From: an uncultured bacterium
Lineage (GTDB): Bacteria > Chloroflexota > UBA5177 > JANWHV01
Length of the DNA stretch: 64,000 nt
Assembly: GCA_963729625.1 (NCBI GenBank)
Contig: CAVSOU010000010.1
Span: 480,001-544,000 of the forward strand
Reading direction: 5' to 3'
In this document: one piece after another, positions 9,398 to 20,814 of the stretch
Layout of the letters: each line of letters begins with the position of its first letter
Position numbering within the stretch: position 1 is the first letter of the stretch
Notes under the pieces: model-generated
Database searches by the model: none
Told to the model about the DNA's origin: nothing
What the model saw: only the letters and a program-made list of their open reading frames with translations
Made by a program: the position numbers and the translations under genes

Positions 9398-9715
9398 ATG
9401 GGCTTCGATCAACGTGCAATGCGGGACATGATGCGCCAGGCCCAGCAAATGCAGGCCCAAATGGAAAAGGCCCAGCACGCGCTATCCGAAGAAATCGTTG
9501 AAGGCTCGTCCGGCGGCGGCGCGGTAACTGCCACGATCACTGGCCAGCTCGAACTGAAGACTCTGACGATTAGCAAAGACGTCGTCGATCCTGAAGACGT
9601 CGAAATGCTTCAAGATCTCGTCCTTGCCGCGGTCACCGATGCGCTGGAGAAGGCGAAGGCCCGCCAGGCCGAAAAGCTCGGAGCAATCACAGGCGGTCTC
9701 AATCTGCCATTTTGA
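9398..9715 (+). CDS. ybaB: YbaB/EbfC nucleoid-associated protein
   Basis: MM.QAQ.MQ, GGG.V, DPEDVEMLQDL; between dnaX and recR. Confidence 0.95.
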   Translation: MGFDQRAMRDMMRQAQQMQAQMEKAQHALSEEIVEGSSGGGAVTATITGQLELKTLTISKDVVDPEDVEMLQDLVLAAVTDALEKAKARQAEKLGAITGGLNLPF

Positions 9716-9886
9716 CCGGCCTCGGGCACGTGCGGGCTCGCGTGCAACGGTCCTGATCGCCGGGAGCCAGCTTGGCGACCTCGCACAATCTGACTCGTTG
9801 GCATGCCATAGGTATGGAGACCCGCGCAGTATGGGCCGCCCTTCCGACAGATTCAGTGCGCGTTTCCCTTATAAGGACTTGAGAGG

Positions 9887-10513
9887 ATGTACAACTCGCA
9901 ACCGGGCACTGCTTCCGTAGCGGAGCCGGTGGCTCATTTGATCGATGAGCTTGGCAAGCTTCCGGGCGTGGGACCGAAGACGGCCCAGCGGCTTGCGTAC
10001 TTCATTCTGCGCGAGCCGGTCGACGAAGCGCGTCTGCTTGCCGATGCGATCCTTCAGGTCAAGGAGCGCATCGTCTATTGCAGTATCTGCTGGAATCTGA
10101 CAGAAATGGACCCATGCGCACTTTGCTCCGACTCCGGCCGAGAAGGAGGGAGCGTTTGCGTGGTGGAGCAACCCCTTGACATCGTGGCATTGGAGCGAAC
10201 TCTCAGTTATCGTGGCCGCTACCATGTGCTGCACGGCGCAATCTCGCCGATGGATGGCATCGGTCCGGGCGAGCTCAAGATCGAGCAGCTTGTGTCCAGA
10301 GTCGCAGCAGGCGAGATAGAGGAAGTGATCCTTGCCACCAATCCGTCGATGGAAGGAGACGCCACCGCTCTGTACATACTGCGTCGGCTTGCATCGTTGC
10401 CGAGGCGTGTGCGGGTGACTCGCCCGGCGCGAGGCCTGCCGATGGGTGGCGATCTCGAGTTTGCGGACGAACACACGCTGAGACAGGCGATCGAAGGACG
10501 GCGCGAGTTCTAG
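9887..10513 (+). CDS. recR: Recombination mediator RecR
   Basis: LPGVGPKTAQRLA, C4 zinc finger, YHVLHG, TOPRIM EVILATNP..EG. Confidence 0.97.
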   Translation: MYNSQPGTASVAEPVAHLIDELGKLPGVGPKTAQRLAYFILREPVDEARLLADAILQVKERIVYCSICWNLTEMDPCALCSDSGREGGSVCVVEQPLDIVALERTLSYRGRYHVLHGAISPMDGIGPGELKIEQLVSRVAAGEIEEVILATNPSMEGDATALYILRRLASLPRRVRVTRPARGLPMGGDLEFADEHTLRQAIEGRREF

Positions 10514-10767
10514 CACGCTGCACCGCGGTGCCAAGCCTAGCCTGAACGTATCAGCCAGGCCGCCATCGAGGTCCGCTTTGCCTCCGCGAAATGCCGACCG
10601 CGCGTAGAATAGCTCGCCACTCCGAACGTTCCGTTGTTTCGAACTGGCATCTACATTTGCGGGTGGTATACTGAGACATGCAATGACCGTACCAAGGGAT
10701 CGGTGTACCCAAATCCTGGGTGCTGTGGTTCAACTGGCCGGCGTTGACACTACACCACCAGGAGCAG

Positions 10768-12153
10768 ATGTTGATCGAAGAGCAGTCAACCCTACCTCAG
10801 GAACCTGAGGAGACAGTAGCAACGGCCGCCTCCGACGTTGAGCCGGCATCCACCGAGCAAGAAGCGGGCAGCAAAGTCACTCGTGCAGGTGCCGAGCTCA
10901 AGGGTTCGGTGCGCCCGGCGGCGAACGTACCGGCATTGCCGCAGGACGAGAGCGAAGACACTATGGAGTCGCTGCTCGACCACCCGTCAAATGCACTGCG
11001 CACGCTTCAACGAGGCGAGGTTGTCGACGGTATCGTGGCGCGCATCGACCCTGATGAGATTCTTGTGGACATTGGTCTCAAGTCTGAGGGCGTCATCAAT
11101 GGGCGCGAGATGGATAACGAAGTTACCGAGCAGTTGCACATCGGTTCAAACGTGCTTGTGTACGTTATGCAGCCGGAAGGTCCCGAAGGGCATGCCATAC
11201 TGTCCATCAGGCGCGCTCGCATGGAGAAATCCTGGCGGGCTGCCGAAGAGCTCTATCAGGACGACCGTGTGATCGAAGCCGAGGTAATTGACTTCAATAA
11301 GGGCGGCTTGATCGTCGATTTGGGAGTGCGGGGCTTCGTGCCGATTTCGCAGATTCCCGAGCTTCGCGGCCTGTCGAAGGGTCAAGAGGGCGAGCCATCG
11401 GAAGTCATCGATCGTTTGGCACAGATGAAGGGTCGCGTACTCAAGCTCAAGATCATTGAGCTGAACCGAAATCGAAACCGTCTGATCCTGTCGGAGCGCT
11501 TGGCCCTCCAAGAACAGCGGAGTCATCGAAAAGACGAGTTGTTGGCCGAGCTGCTCCCCGGCCAGGTGCGGCGCGGGCGGGTCACGAGCTTGGCCAGCTT
11601 CGGGGCGTTCGTCGATCTCGGCGGCGCCGACGGACTCGTGCATATCTCGCAGCTGTCCTACAGTCGCGTGAATCACCCCAGCGAAGTCCTTTCGGTGGGC
11701 GATGAGATCGAGGTATTCGTGCTCAGTATCGATCCCGATACCAAGAAGATCGCGTTGAGCCTCAAGAAGGCACAGCCCGATCCGTGGTCGCGTGTCGATC
11801 AGAAATACCATGTGGGCGACCTTGTTGAGGGCACGATTACGAAGTTAGCGAAGTTTGGGGCGTTCGCGAAGATTGACGATGGGATCGAGGGCCTCATTCA
11901 CCTCTCAGAGCTTTCCTCAGAGCCCGTAGAAAACGGGAAGGACGTGGTGAGCGAAGGTCAGCGCGTCACGCTTCGCGTCATCAACATCAACCCAACCCGT
12001 CGAAGGCTGGGTCTGAGCCTCAGGCAGGTTGACGAGATTTCGCCCGACCTTCAGGCAATCATGGAAGGGATAGCTTCCCCACCAGAGGACGATCTCCCCG
12101 AGGAGGGCCACTGGGAAGAGGAACCCCCGGAGAGCCCGACCCAAGAAGCGTAG
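10768..12153 (+). CDS. rpsA: 30S ribosomal protein S1 (four S1 domains, acidic termini)
   Basis: DIG.KSEG, NKGGL, FGAFVDLGG.DGLVHIS, FGAF...EGLIH repeats; AGGAG before ATG/TTG at 10768/10771. Confidence 0.92.
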   Translation: MLIEEQSTLPQEPEETVATAASDVEPASTEQEAGSKVTRAGAELKGSVRPAANVPALPQDESEDTMESLLDHPSNALRTLQRGEVVDGIVARIDPDEILVDIGLKSEGVINGREMDNEVTEQLHIGSNVLVYVMQPEGPEGHAILSIRRARMEKSWRAAEELYQDDRVIEAEVIDFNKGGLIVDLGVRGFVPISQIPELRGLSKGQEGEPSEVIDRLAQMKGRVLKLKIIELNRNRNRLILSERLALQEQRSHRKDELLAELLPGQVRRGRVTSLASFGAFVDLGGADGLVHISQLSYSRVNHPSEVLSVGDEIEVFVLSIDPDTKKIALSLKKAQPDPWSRVDQKYHVGDLVEGTITKLAKFGAFAKIDDGIEGLIHLSELSSEPVENGKDVVSEGQRVTLRVININPTRRRLGLSLRQVDEISPDLQAIMEGIASPPEDDLPEEGHWEEEPPESPTQEA

Positions 12154-12162
12154 TTCGGTGAA

Positions 12163-12191
12163 GATGGGGCGCGAATCTACCGCGCCCCATC
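12163..12191 (+). terminator. GC-rich hairpin after rpsA
   Basis: GATGGGGCGCG / CGCGCCCCATC 11-bp stem; weak U-tract. Confidence 0.5.
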
Positions 12192-12231
12192 AGATTCACT
12201 GACAGGATCCAGCTACGGAAGAGAGCATGTC

Positions 12232-14733
12232 ATGAACGAACGGTTCGATAAGTTCACCGAGCGTGCACGCAAGGTGTTGACCCTGGCCCAAGAGGAAGCG
12301 ACTCGCTTCAACCATAACTACATCGGAACCGAGCACTTGCTGCTCGGATTGGTGCGCGAGGGTGAAGGTGTCGCGGCCAAGGTGCTCTTGAACCTTGGCG
12401 TGGAATTGAACAGGGTTCGGAGCGCCGTAGAGTTCATCATCGGCCGCGGCGACCGTCCGACGGTCGGGGAGATCGGACTGACTCCACGTGCGAAGAAAGT
12501 GATCGAGCTCGCGGTCGATGAAGCGCGTCGCCTCGGCCACCACTACATCGGAACCGAACATCTATTGCTCGGACTGGTGCGAGAAGGCGAAGGAATTGCC
12601 GCAGGTGTCCTCGAATCTCTGGGCGTCAACCTTGAGAAAGTGCGCACGCAGACCATCCAAGTGCTCTCACAGAGCAGCCCCACGTCGCATCACGAGCCGA
12701 AGCACGGCAGCAAGACCCCGACGATCGATCAGCTTGGCCTTGATATGACGGCCCAGGCGCGTGCTGGGAAGGTCGATCCGGTAATTGGCCGCGCCGTCGA
12801 AATCGAGCGCGTCATCCAGATCCTTAGCCGTCGGCTGAAGAATAACGCCGCGCTTGTCGGGGAGCCCGGTGTCGGCAAGACAGCTATCGTCGACGGTCTT
12901 GCGCAGCGAATCGTGAATGGTGAAGTGCCTGAGACGCTCGCGGGCAGGCGGCTGCTGACGCTGGACATCGGCTCGCTTGTCGCTGGCACGAAGTACCGTG
13001 GGGAGTTTGAGGAGCGCCTGAAGAAGATCATCGAAGAGATCAAGTCCGCCGGCGATTGCATTCTGTTTATCGACGAGCTGCATACTATCGTGGGAGCGGG
13101 CGCGGCTGAGGGCGCGGTGGATGCCGCGAACATCCTGAAACCGGCATTGGCGCGCGGTGACCTCCAGTGCATCGGTGCCACCACGCTCGACGAGTATCGC
13201 AAGTACATCGAACGGGATGCGGCCCTCGAGCGGCGCTTCCAAATGGTCACGGTAAACGAATCAACAGTGGATGAGACGATCCGCATACTGCATGGACTGC
13301 GACCCCGGTATGAGGCGCACCACCACTTGCAGATCAGCGACGAGGCGCTGCGCGCGGCTGCAGAGATGGCGGAACGCTACATCCCAGATCGATTCATGCC
13401 GGACAAGGCTATCGACCTCATGGACGAGGCCTCCGCTCGCGTGCGATTGCAGCGTACAGGCCAGCCGTTCTCGCTGAAGGAGGCGCTCCAGAACATCGAG
13501 CAGGTGCAGAGCGACAAGGAGCAGGCGATCAAGCTCCAGCAATATGAAGTCGCCGCCGACCTGCGAGACCGTGAGAAGCAGCTTCGCGACAAGATTGCCA
13601 ACCTGCAGTCAACCTGGCAGGACAAGGACCGGGACGGCCCGGCCGAGCGTAACCTTGTCGTCGGCGATGAGGACATCGCCGAAGTCGTCTCGATGTGGAC
13701 AGGCATTCCGGTCAGGCGCATCGCGCAGGAGGAGTCCGAGCGCTTGCTTCAAATGGAAAGCGCGCTGCATGGACGCGTCATTGGCCAGGACGAGGCGATT
13801 TCTACCATCGCCAAGGCTGTCCGGCGTGCACGTACCGGGTTGAAGGACCCCAAGCGCCCGATCGGTAGCTTCATCTTCCTTGGTCCGACCGGTGTCGGAA
13901 AGACTGAGCTGGCCAAGGCGCTGGCCGAGTTCATGTTCGGCAGCGAGGAAATGCTGATCAAGATCGACATGTCAGAATTCATGGAGCGGCACGCCGCTGC
14001 GCGGCTGACCGGAGCGCCACCGGGATACGTCGGCTATGAAGAGGGCGGCCAGTTGACCGAGGCGGTGCGGCGAAAATCGTATTCGGTGGTTCTGCTCGAC
14101 GAGGTTGAGAAAGCTCATCCGGATGTGTTCAACATCCTTCTTCAGATCCTCGAAGACGGCAAACTCACCGACGGGAAAGGGCGCGGCGTCGACTTCCGTA
14201 ACACCATTATCATCATGACGTCCAACGTGGGCGCGAGCCTGCTCAATCGCGAGGCGGCACTTGGGTTCCGCACCGCCAAGAGCGATGAGGACTCCAAGGC
14301 GCGAGAAGACAGGCACCACGAGGAGATGGTTCGCAAGATTACGAACGAGCTGAAGCAGACGTTCAAGCCTGAGTTCTTGAACCGCATCGACGCTACGATC
14401 GTATTCCATTCTCTGCGCCAGGATCAGATACGCGAGATAGTCGAGCTGATGCTGCGGCGCGTGCGAAGCCAGCTTATCGAGCAGGACATGACGCTGGAAG
14501 CGTCGGATCCCGCCAAGGATTTCCTGGTGGAGAAGGGGTACGACGCCGTCAACGGCGCCCGGCCTCTCCGGCGCGCAATCCAGAACTATATCGAAGATCC
14601 ACTTGCGGAGGGCTTGCTCCAGGGCAAGTTCCATTCAGGTGATAGTGTCAGCGTCGACATCGAGAACGGCGAGTTGACGTTGGTCGGCAAATCGAGAGAG
14701 CCGCAGCCGGGTGATGCAGTCTTCGCCGACTAA
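12232..14733 (+). CDS. clpC: ATP-dependent Clp protease ATP-binding subunit ClpC
   Basis: Two Clp-N repeats, GEPGVGKT and GPTGVGKT Walker A motifs, UVR coil ([10 protein letters not shown]), LGF loop. Confidence 0.97.
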   Translation: MNERFDKFTERARKVLTLAQEEATRFNHNYIGTEHLLLGLVREGEGVAAKVLLNLGVELNRVRSAVEFIIGRGDRPTVGEIGLTPRAKKVIELAVDEARRLGHHYIGTEHLLLGLVREGEGIAAGVLESLGVNLEKVRTQTIQVLSQSSPTSHHEPKHGSKTPTIDQLGLDMTAQARAGKVDPVIGRAVEIERVIQILSRRLKNNAALVGEPGVGKTAIVDGLAQRIVNGEVPETLAGRRLLTLDIGSLVAGTKYRGEFEERLKKIIEEIKSAGDCILFIDELHTIVGAGAAEGAVDAANILKPALARGDLQCIGATTLDEYRKYIERDAALERRFQMVTVNESTVDETIRILHGLRPRYEAHHHLQISDEALRAAAEMAERYIPDRFMPDKAIDLMDEASARVRLQRTGQPFSLKEALQNIEQVQSDKEQAIKLQQYEVAADLRDREKQLRDKIANLQSTWQDKDRDGPAERNLVVGDEDIAEVVSMWTGIPVRRIAQEESERLLQMESALHGRVIGQDEAISTIAKAVRRARTGLKDPKRPIGSFIFLGPTGVGKTELAKALAEFMFGSEEMLIKIDMSEFMERHAAARLTGAPPGYVGYEEGGQLTEAVRRKSYSVVLLDEVEKAHPDVFNILLQILEDGKLTDGKGRGVDFRNTIIIMTSNVGASLLNREAALGFRTAKSDEDSKAREDRHHEEMVRKITNELKQTFKPEFLNRIDATIVFHSLRQDQIREIVELMLRRVRSQLIEQDMTLEASDPAKDFLVEKGYDAVNGARPLRRAIQNYIEDPLAEGLLQGKFHSGDSVSVDIENGELTLVGKSREPQPGDAVFAD

Positions 14734-14813
14734 TGAATGGCAGGATACGAGCAATGTAGCGAGGGGTGGTCGGTCGGCCGCCCCTCGCCCCGTTGTGTGT
14801 GGGAGCATCTTCG

Positions 14814-16235
14814 ATGCCTAAGCGGCGAACGAGCTACGTATGCCAGCAGTGCGGTGGTCAGTTCCCCACGCAATACGGGCGTTGCCCAAACTGCTCGACC
14901 TGGAACTCGCTCGTCGAGACTATTGAGGAGGCATCCGCAGGCTCCGTGCCGGCGCGTCCCGCCCGAGCCGGTCTTTCCGCGCGCCCGGTCAGGCTTTCGA
15001 GGGTAGCAACAGACAGCTGGTCTCGAATGCGCGTGCCGATCGCGGAAGTCGACCGCGTGCTCGGTGGCGGAGTAGTTCCTGGATCGCTTGTCCTGCTCGC
15101 CGGCGATCCCGGCATAGGTAAGTCGACTCTCCTTCTACAGCTGTGCACGCAGTTGGCCGTACTGTCACGCGTGCTGTATGTGACCGGCGAAGAATCCGCG
15201 GAACAGGTTAAGATGAGGGCCGACAGACTTGGCACTGTTCCTGATGAGCTGTATATCCTGGCGGAAGTCAACGTTGACGCGGTGCTGCGCGCTGTCCAGG
15301 ATCTCAGCCCATCGCTGGTGGTTGTCGACTCAATTCAAACCATGCAAGTCGAGGAGATTGAATCTGCCGCCGGCAGCGTATCCCAGGTGCGCGAGAGTAC
15401 CGTACGCTTCATGCACATGGCCAAGACAACTCACACGCCTGTCGTCGTCGTCGGCCACGTGACAAAAGAGGGCGCCATCGCCGGGCCGCGCGTACTAGAG
15501 CATATCGTGGATACCGTGCTCTATCTGGAGGGCGAGCGATTCCACGCGTATCGTCTCCTCCGCAGTGTAAAGAATCGCTTCGGCTCGACCAATGAAGTCG
15601 GCGTGTTCGAGATGCGCGACGCGGGCATGGTCGAGGTTACCAATCCATCAGCGCTGTTCCTGGCCGAACGAGGCAAGGCGAGCCCCGGTTCGGCAGTTGT
15701 CGCCACGCTCGAAGGCACCAGACCGCTCCTCGCGGAGATCCAGGCACTTGTCAGCGCCACGACCTTCAGTCTGCCTCGAAGGACGTGCGCGGGCCTCGAT
15801 CTGAACCGGCTACACCTCATACTGGCAATCCTCGGTAAGCGCGCCGGCCTTCCGCTCCACACGTACGACGTGTACTGCAACGTCGCGGGAGGATTGCGCC
15901 TGGGCGAACCGGCCGCCGATCTGCCTCTTGCCCTGGCAATCGTCTCCAGCTACACCGATCATGCGGTGGCCGACGACCTGATTGCCTTCGGTGAACTGGG
16001 TCTATCAGGTGAGGTTCGGGGAGTCGGCAAGGCGGACGACAGGTTGGCAGAGGCGGCCAAACTCGGATTCACACGCTGTGTCCTGCCGGCTGCCAACCAT
16101 CGTGCGCTCCGAGCGCAGAGCGCAGCCAACATCGAGGTCATCCCAATCACTGAGCTGCGCGAGGCGCTGCGCGTCGTTCTCCCTGGGGCAAATCGGCAAC
16201 ACGCGCGAAACGGGGCCGCCGCGATGAGGGACTGA
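14814..16235 (+). CDS. radA: DNA repair protein RadA/Sms
   Basis: C4 zinc finger, GDPGIGKST, KNRFG, Lon-like C-terminus; follows clpC. Confidence 0.97.
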   Translation: MPKRRTSYVCQQCGGQFPTQYGRCPNCSTWNSLVETIEEASAGSVPARPARAGLSARPVRLSRVATDSWSRMRVPIAEVDRVLGGGVVPGSLVLLAGDPGIGKSTLLLQLCTQLAVLSRVLYVTGEESAEQVKMRADRLGTVPDELYILAEVNVDAVLRAVQDLSPSLVVVDSIQTMQVEEIESAAGSVSQVRESTVRFMHMAKTTHTPVVVVGHVTKEGAIAGPRVLEHIVDTVLYLEGERFHAYRLLRSVKNRFGSTNEVGVFEMRDAGMVEVTNPSALFLAERGKASPGSAVVATLEGTRPLLAEIQALVSATTFSLPRRTCAGLDLNRLHLILAILGKRAGLPLHTYDVYCNVAGGLRLGEPAADLPLALAIVSSYTDHAVADDLIAFGELGLSGEVRGVGKADDRLAEAAKLGFTRCVLPAANHRALRAQSAANIEVIPITELREALRVVLPGANRQHARNGAAAMRD

Positions 16236-16337
16236 TTGCCGCTAGTCGGCACGGATGGTCGCGCCACGCCTCAAAGTGCCTGGCACTGGCCGGCAGCGTG
16301 ACAATAGTCGTCAAGCATGCGGTCTGACTCGCCAGTC

Positions 16338-17447
16338 TCAGGCATTGGACCCCGTCATATCCGCTCGCGGCGAGGCGTCAGAGTCGCCCACAATGCCTGA
16401 CTGCGAGGGTGTCTCGAGTCCGGCTCCCTCGGTCCCATCCGACGGCGATGCGTCAGTCTCGACGGTAGACGCACCTGCCGGTATGGCACGGTCCGAAGCG
16501 ATAGGCTGTTCGGCAACCGGGCGCTCATCGGCGATTGCACGCGGCGGCAGGTCAGACGGATCCCCGGTGCCGGCAGCGGTATCCCCCGCAGAATCGTCTT
16601 TTGCGCGATCACGTGCTTCGACCGGCCTACGCGCGGCGTCGGAGGCCGTAGGCTCGTCCGTCGAAGCCGCGATGCGTTTTTCGGCGTCCTGACGAGCCCT
16701 CGTCTCCAGGGCAGCCTGCCGTCTCTCTCGCACCAGTGCGGCCCGCAAGCTCCCTAGCTCGCGAGCAAACCTTAGTGCCAGGCGAAACCGCTTCGTCTCT
16801 GGCTCAGCGGGCGCGCGTGGGTGGAATCGGACGCCCACTTCACGGATCTGAGCGCCCTTCTGGCTGGCTCGACAGAGCACTTCAGCATGTATGGCGCCAG
16901 TCGTACCCTCCAGCTCGAGTCCGCGCAGCAGGCTCACACGCATCAGCTTGAGCCCGCAGTTGACGTCCCGGTACTTCAGGCCGTACAGGATCCTTACGGT
17001 GACGCGATAAGCATAGCCGGCGAACCTCCGGGCCAGTGATGTCCCTTTCCCAGCTCGGAAACCGGCGACGATGTCGTACGCATCATCCCACTTCACCAGC
17101 CTTTCGAGATCGGACGGGCTATACTGGCGATCTGGGTCGACGAAGAACGCATACTGCTTGGTCGCCGCGGCGAGCCCCTCGCGCCAGGCCACCCCGTAAC
17201 CTCGGCGCTGAGCGAAGTGCAACACGCGAATCGCGGGATGGGTCGCGGCCATTTCCTCGGCAATACGCCGCGTCCCGTCGGTGCTTCCGTCATCTACGAC
17301 AATTACTTCAAACGACGGCACTACGTCGAGCAGAGCATCGAGTGTTTCAGCAACGACAGGCATGAGGTCTGCCGCGACATTGTGGGCAGGGAGCACAGCA
17401 GATATGCTGCGGATAGGAGCGCCTCGCGAGCGCGGCAAAGGGGTCAT
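16338..17447 (-). CDS. GT2 glycosyltransferase with low-complexity acidic C-terminal tail
   Basis: VLPAHN, VDDGSTD, GYG.A, D.D.Q, DVNCG. Confidence 0.85.
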   Translation of the reverse strand: MTPLPRSRGAPIRSISAVLPAHNVAADLMPVVAETLDALLDVVPSFEVIVVDDGSTDGTRRIAEEMAATHPAIRVLHFAQRRGYGVAWREGLAAATKQYAFFVDPDRQYSPSDLERLVKWDDAYDIVAGFRAGKGTSLARRFAGYAYRVTVRILYGLKYRDVNCGLKLMRVSLLRGLELEGTTGAIHAEVLCRASQKGAQIREVGVRFHPRAPAEPETKRFRLALRFARELGSLRAALVRERRQAALETRARQDAEKRIAASTDEPTASDAARRPVEARDRAKDDSAGDTAAGTGDPSDLPPRAIADERPVAEQPIASDRAIPAGASTVETDASPSDGTEGAGLETPSQSGIVGDSDASPRADMTGSNA

Positions 17448-17646
17448 CGCCGAGTGGTTCTTCGTTGCAAACCCATGGCCCTATTATCTGGCATCATCAT
17501 GAGCCGTGTCTATATCGAAACCAACGGGGAACTCGGATCCATCGACAGTTCGAATGAGCTAGACGGTCGAGAGCCTGGCTGGGTTGAGAAGTTGTAACGG
17601 ACGGACCCGCTTGCTGTCCCTAAGCACCTGAGAATCGCACTCAACG

Positions 17647-17675
17647 TTGACACCGGCCTGGCAGTTCGATACCAT
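17647..17675 (+). promoter_or_regulatory. Promoter of the tRNA-Ser pair
   Basis: TTGACA-17 bp-TACCAT. Confidence 0.75.
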
Positions 17676-17702
17676 TGTTTGGCACGGAGGCGTCCATGCC
17701 TC

Positions 17703-17787
<85 letters not shown>

Positions 17788-17812
17788 GACAACCTGCCCA
17801 TCACTCGTATTC

Positions 17813-17902
<90 letters not shown>

Positions 17903-17954
17903 CCTCTGGCGCACAGCCAGCGCTAGGCTATGTCCAGAAAGGCCGGTCCAACAC

Positions 17955-18926
17955 CTACCCGCGCCAGGTAAGGAAGCCGCCAGCCCAGGTCAGGCCTGCA
18001 CCAAACCCGATGGCGAGCACCCGGTCACCGTCGCGCAGCTCACCGCGCTCCACGGCATCCGCCAATGCAAGCGGGATGCTGGCAGCGGACGTGTTGCCGT
18101 ATTCTTCGATATTGGACAGGACCCGGCGAGGGTCGATCGCCAACCGCTTCGCCGCAGCAACAATCATGCGCTGATTTGCCTGGTGAGGAACGAACCACTC
18201 GAGGTCGTCCATGCCAAGCTCCTCGGCCCGCATGATGCGTTCGGTCACGTCTACGAGCGTGCGCACGCCGAACTTAAACGTATCCGGCCCGTTCATCGAT
18301 ACGCCGCCTGGGATGTGGCCGCCAGGATCCGGTATCGCTGCGCTATACATTGTCAGCATGGATGCCGCGGAACCGTCCGAGCCAAGCTCAAAGCGCGGTA
18401 GTGCACCGGGCAAGGCCGATCTCGCCAGCACGACCGCCGCTGCTCCGTCGCCGAACAATATACACGTGCTGCGGTCCGTCCAATTGAGCACACGCGAGTA
18501 GATTTCGCTTCCAATGACCAGCACCGAACGAGCGGAGCCGATTCGAATCATGCTGTCGGCAATCGCGAGCGCGTAGACAAACCCCGAACACGCCGCCTCG
18601 AGGTCAAATGCGCCGCCGCGGGCGCCGACCGCATGTTGCACGACGCAGGCCGATGCGGGAAAGCCGTAGTCCGGCGTGCACGTTGCGACAATAGTCAGAT
18701 CGACAGCGGAACCGTCAAGGTCCGCCGAACGAAGTGCGCTGCGCGCTGCCGCCACCGCCAGGCTGGTCGTCGTCTCGTACGGCGCGGCAATGTGCCGCCG
18801 ATGAATGCCGGTGCGCGCATAGATCCACGCATCCGAGGTATCGACCGTGAGCGCAATCTCATCGTTCGTCATGACACGCTCGGGGACGAATTTGCCACAC
18901 CCGAGCAACGTTGAGCGATAGGTCAT
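17955..18926 (-). CDS. fabH: 3-oxoacyl-ACP synthase III
   Basis: DTSDAWI..RTGI, AACSGF, FGDGA, PHQAN, GNTSAAS, GFGAGLTW. Confidence 0.95.
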   Translation of the reverse strand: MTYRSTLLGCGKFVPERVMTNDEIALTVDTSDAWIYARTGIHRRHIAAPYETTTSLAVAAARSALRSADLDGSAVDLTIVATCTPDYGFPASACVVQHAVGARGGAFDLEAACSGFVYALAIADSMIRIGSARSVLVIGSEIYSRVLNWTDRSTCILFGDGAAAVVLARSALPGALPRFELGSDGSAASMLTMYSAAIPDPGGHIPGGVSMNGPDTFKFGVRTLVDVTERIMRAEELGMDDLEWFVPHQANQRMIVAAAKRLAIDPRRVLSNIEEYGNTSAASIPLALADAVERGELRDGDRVLAIGFGAGLTWAGGFLTWRG

Positions 18927-19372
18927 GCGTTGTCTCCGGTCGGCTCAATGTACATCAGTACCTGTCCCTTTTCTACGACGGCGCTCGGCTGGACTTCGAT
19001 CGCCCGTACGATACCCGCGAAATCTGTCTCCACTGGGTTATACATCTTCATACTCTCGATGAGCCCGACGACCTGCCTCTCCGACACAAACGAGCCGATC
19101 GTCACGAATGGCGGACTCTGCGGAGACTCGGTAACGTAGAAGATTCCCGTGAGCGGCGAGATCACTGGTCGCCAGCTGTCGGGATTGAGGTCAGCTTGCG
19201 CCGGGACAGCCTCCATCATAGCGGTCGCTGTGGCGAGCGAACGTTTGAGATACACGCGGTACACCCCAGCACGAAACTCGCATTCCGTAACGGCGGTGCC
19301 GTCCAGTTCGTCCAACAGCGCCGCGACCAGTCCGATCAGGCCCGGCTGGGGTTCAACGGTACGTCGGCCCAT
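18923..19372 (-). CDS. accB: Biotin carboxyl carrier protein
   Basis: SPLTGIFY and ESMKM biotinylation motif; inside fab cluster. Confidence 0.85.
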   Translation of the reverse strand: MGRRTVEPQPGLIGLVAALLDELDGTAVTECEFRAGVYRVYLKRSLATATAMMEAVPAQADLNPDSWRPVISPLTGIFYVTESPQSPPFVTIGSFVSERQVVGLIESMKMYNPVETDFAGIVRAIEVQPSAVVEKGQVLMYIEPTGDNA

Positions 19373-20619
19373 CAGCGTGGTCGGTAACGCCGCAGCACCA
19401 TGCTCACATTGTGCCCGCCAAAGCCAAACGAGTTGTTGATCGTCGTGTCGAGTGGGCCCGTCGCTCTTGCCTCATTCGGCACGTAGTCAAGGTCGCACTC
19501 AGGATCAGGGAACTCGTAGTTGATGGTTGGCGGCACAACGCCATCGAGCATAGACTTGATGCAGAAAGCGGCTTCGGCCGTGCCGCCGGCGCCCAACATG
19601 TGGCCGGTGGCGCTCTTGGTCGAGCTGATCGGGATGTGGTACGCGCGCTCCCCGAATACTGACTTGATCGCGGCCGACTCTGCCCGGTCACCGGCAAGCG
19701 TCGACGTTCCGTGGGCGTTGATGTACTGCACCTGGTCCGGATGCACGCCTGCCTTTTCCATTGCCCGCCACATCGCACGCGCGGCACCCTCCCCGCCTAC
19801 GGCAGGCTCGGTCACATGATGCGCATCGGCCGTGGCAGCGTACCCGGCAACCTCAGCGAGAATAGTCGCGCCGCGGTGGAGGGCGAACTCTTCAGCTTCA
19901 AGCAGCAACACCGCAGCGCCCTCCGACAACACGAAGCCGTCTCGCTCCCGGTCGAACGGCCGCGAAGCGCGCTCAGGCTCGTCGTTTCTCGACGAGAGGG
20001 CTCGCATATTGGCGAACGCCGCCATTGAAATGAGCGTAATGGGCGCCTCCGATCCGCCTGCGAGCATCACATCCGCGTCTCCTCGACGGATAATCTCGCT
20101 GGCCTCACCAACAGCATGAGCGCCGGTGGAACAGGCAGAACTGATAGCGAAGTTGGGGCCTTTCATTCCATATTTGATCGATATCTGGCCAGCGGCCAAA
20201 TCCGTGATCATCATGGTGACGAAGAACGGGCTGATGCGCTCCGGACCTCGCTCGAACAGCACCGCGAACTGGTCCATCAAGGTGTTCAGCCCGCCGATGC
20301 CCGACCCGATGATCACGCCGGTCCGATCCGCCATTGACGGTTCGATCGTCAGGCGCCCCTGTGTCAGGGCCTCGTGGACAGTGGCCATGGCCAACAGCGT
20401 AAAACGGTCGCACCGCTTCGCAAGCTTGAAGTCGATGTCAAAGTCACCCGGATCGAATCCGTGTACCTCGCCCGCGATTCGGCACCGGAGCGGCGTGGCG
20501 TCGAAGTATGTCACCGGCCCTATCCCGCTGCGTCCCGCGATCAGCCCACTCCAAGTGGCATCGAGACCGATACCCAGCGGGCTAATAACTCCCATACCAG
20601 TTACGACAACTCGCCGCAC
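19372..20619 (-). CDS. fabF: 3-oxoacyl-ACP synthase II
   Basis: RRVVVTG, SACSTG, INAHGTST, KS.TGH.LGA, NSFGFGG; GTG start behind GAGGAGG. Confidence 0.96.
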   Translation of the reverse strand: MRRVVVTGMGVISPLGIGLDATWSGLIAGRSGIGPVTYFDATPLRCRIAGEVHGFDPGDFDIDFKLAKRCDRFTLLAMATVHEALTQGRLTIEPSMADRTGVIIGSGIGGLNTLMDQFAVLFERGPERISPFFVTMMITDLAAGQISIKYGMKGPNFAISSACSTGAHAVGEASEIIRRGDADVMLAGGSEAPITLISMAAFANMRALSSRNDEPERASRPFDRERDGFVLSEGAAVLLLEAEEFALHRGATILAEVAGYAATADAHHVTEPAVGGEGAARAMWRAMEKAGVHPDQVQYINAHGTSTLAGDRAESAAIKSVFGERAYHIPISSTKSATGHMLGAGGTAEAAFCIKSMLDGVVPPTINYEFPDPECDLDYVPNEARATGPLDTTINNSFGFGGHNVSMVLRRYRPR

Positions 20620-20814
20620 GTCTCCTCCTCGCACGCCGGGCGCCCCTGGCCCCGGCCGGTCGCAGGGAAGTATAGCATAGCTGCGCCTCCCCGCCCGAGA
20701 GATCACTGCCCGGGCCCGGCGCCGGGCCAGCAACCAGTCCTGCCCCGCGATCGGTCAGAATGCTGTACGTTGTACGCGTGCAGGTCCCTAATATAGGAGG
20801 TTAGTTCGATCGAC

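Noticed and set aside
12300-12600. Direct nucleotide repeat (CACTACATCGGAACCGA...CTGCTCGGA.TGGTGCG) in clpC
   Set aside because: It is the normal duplicated Clp N-terminal domain, not a mobile or CRISPR repeat
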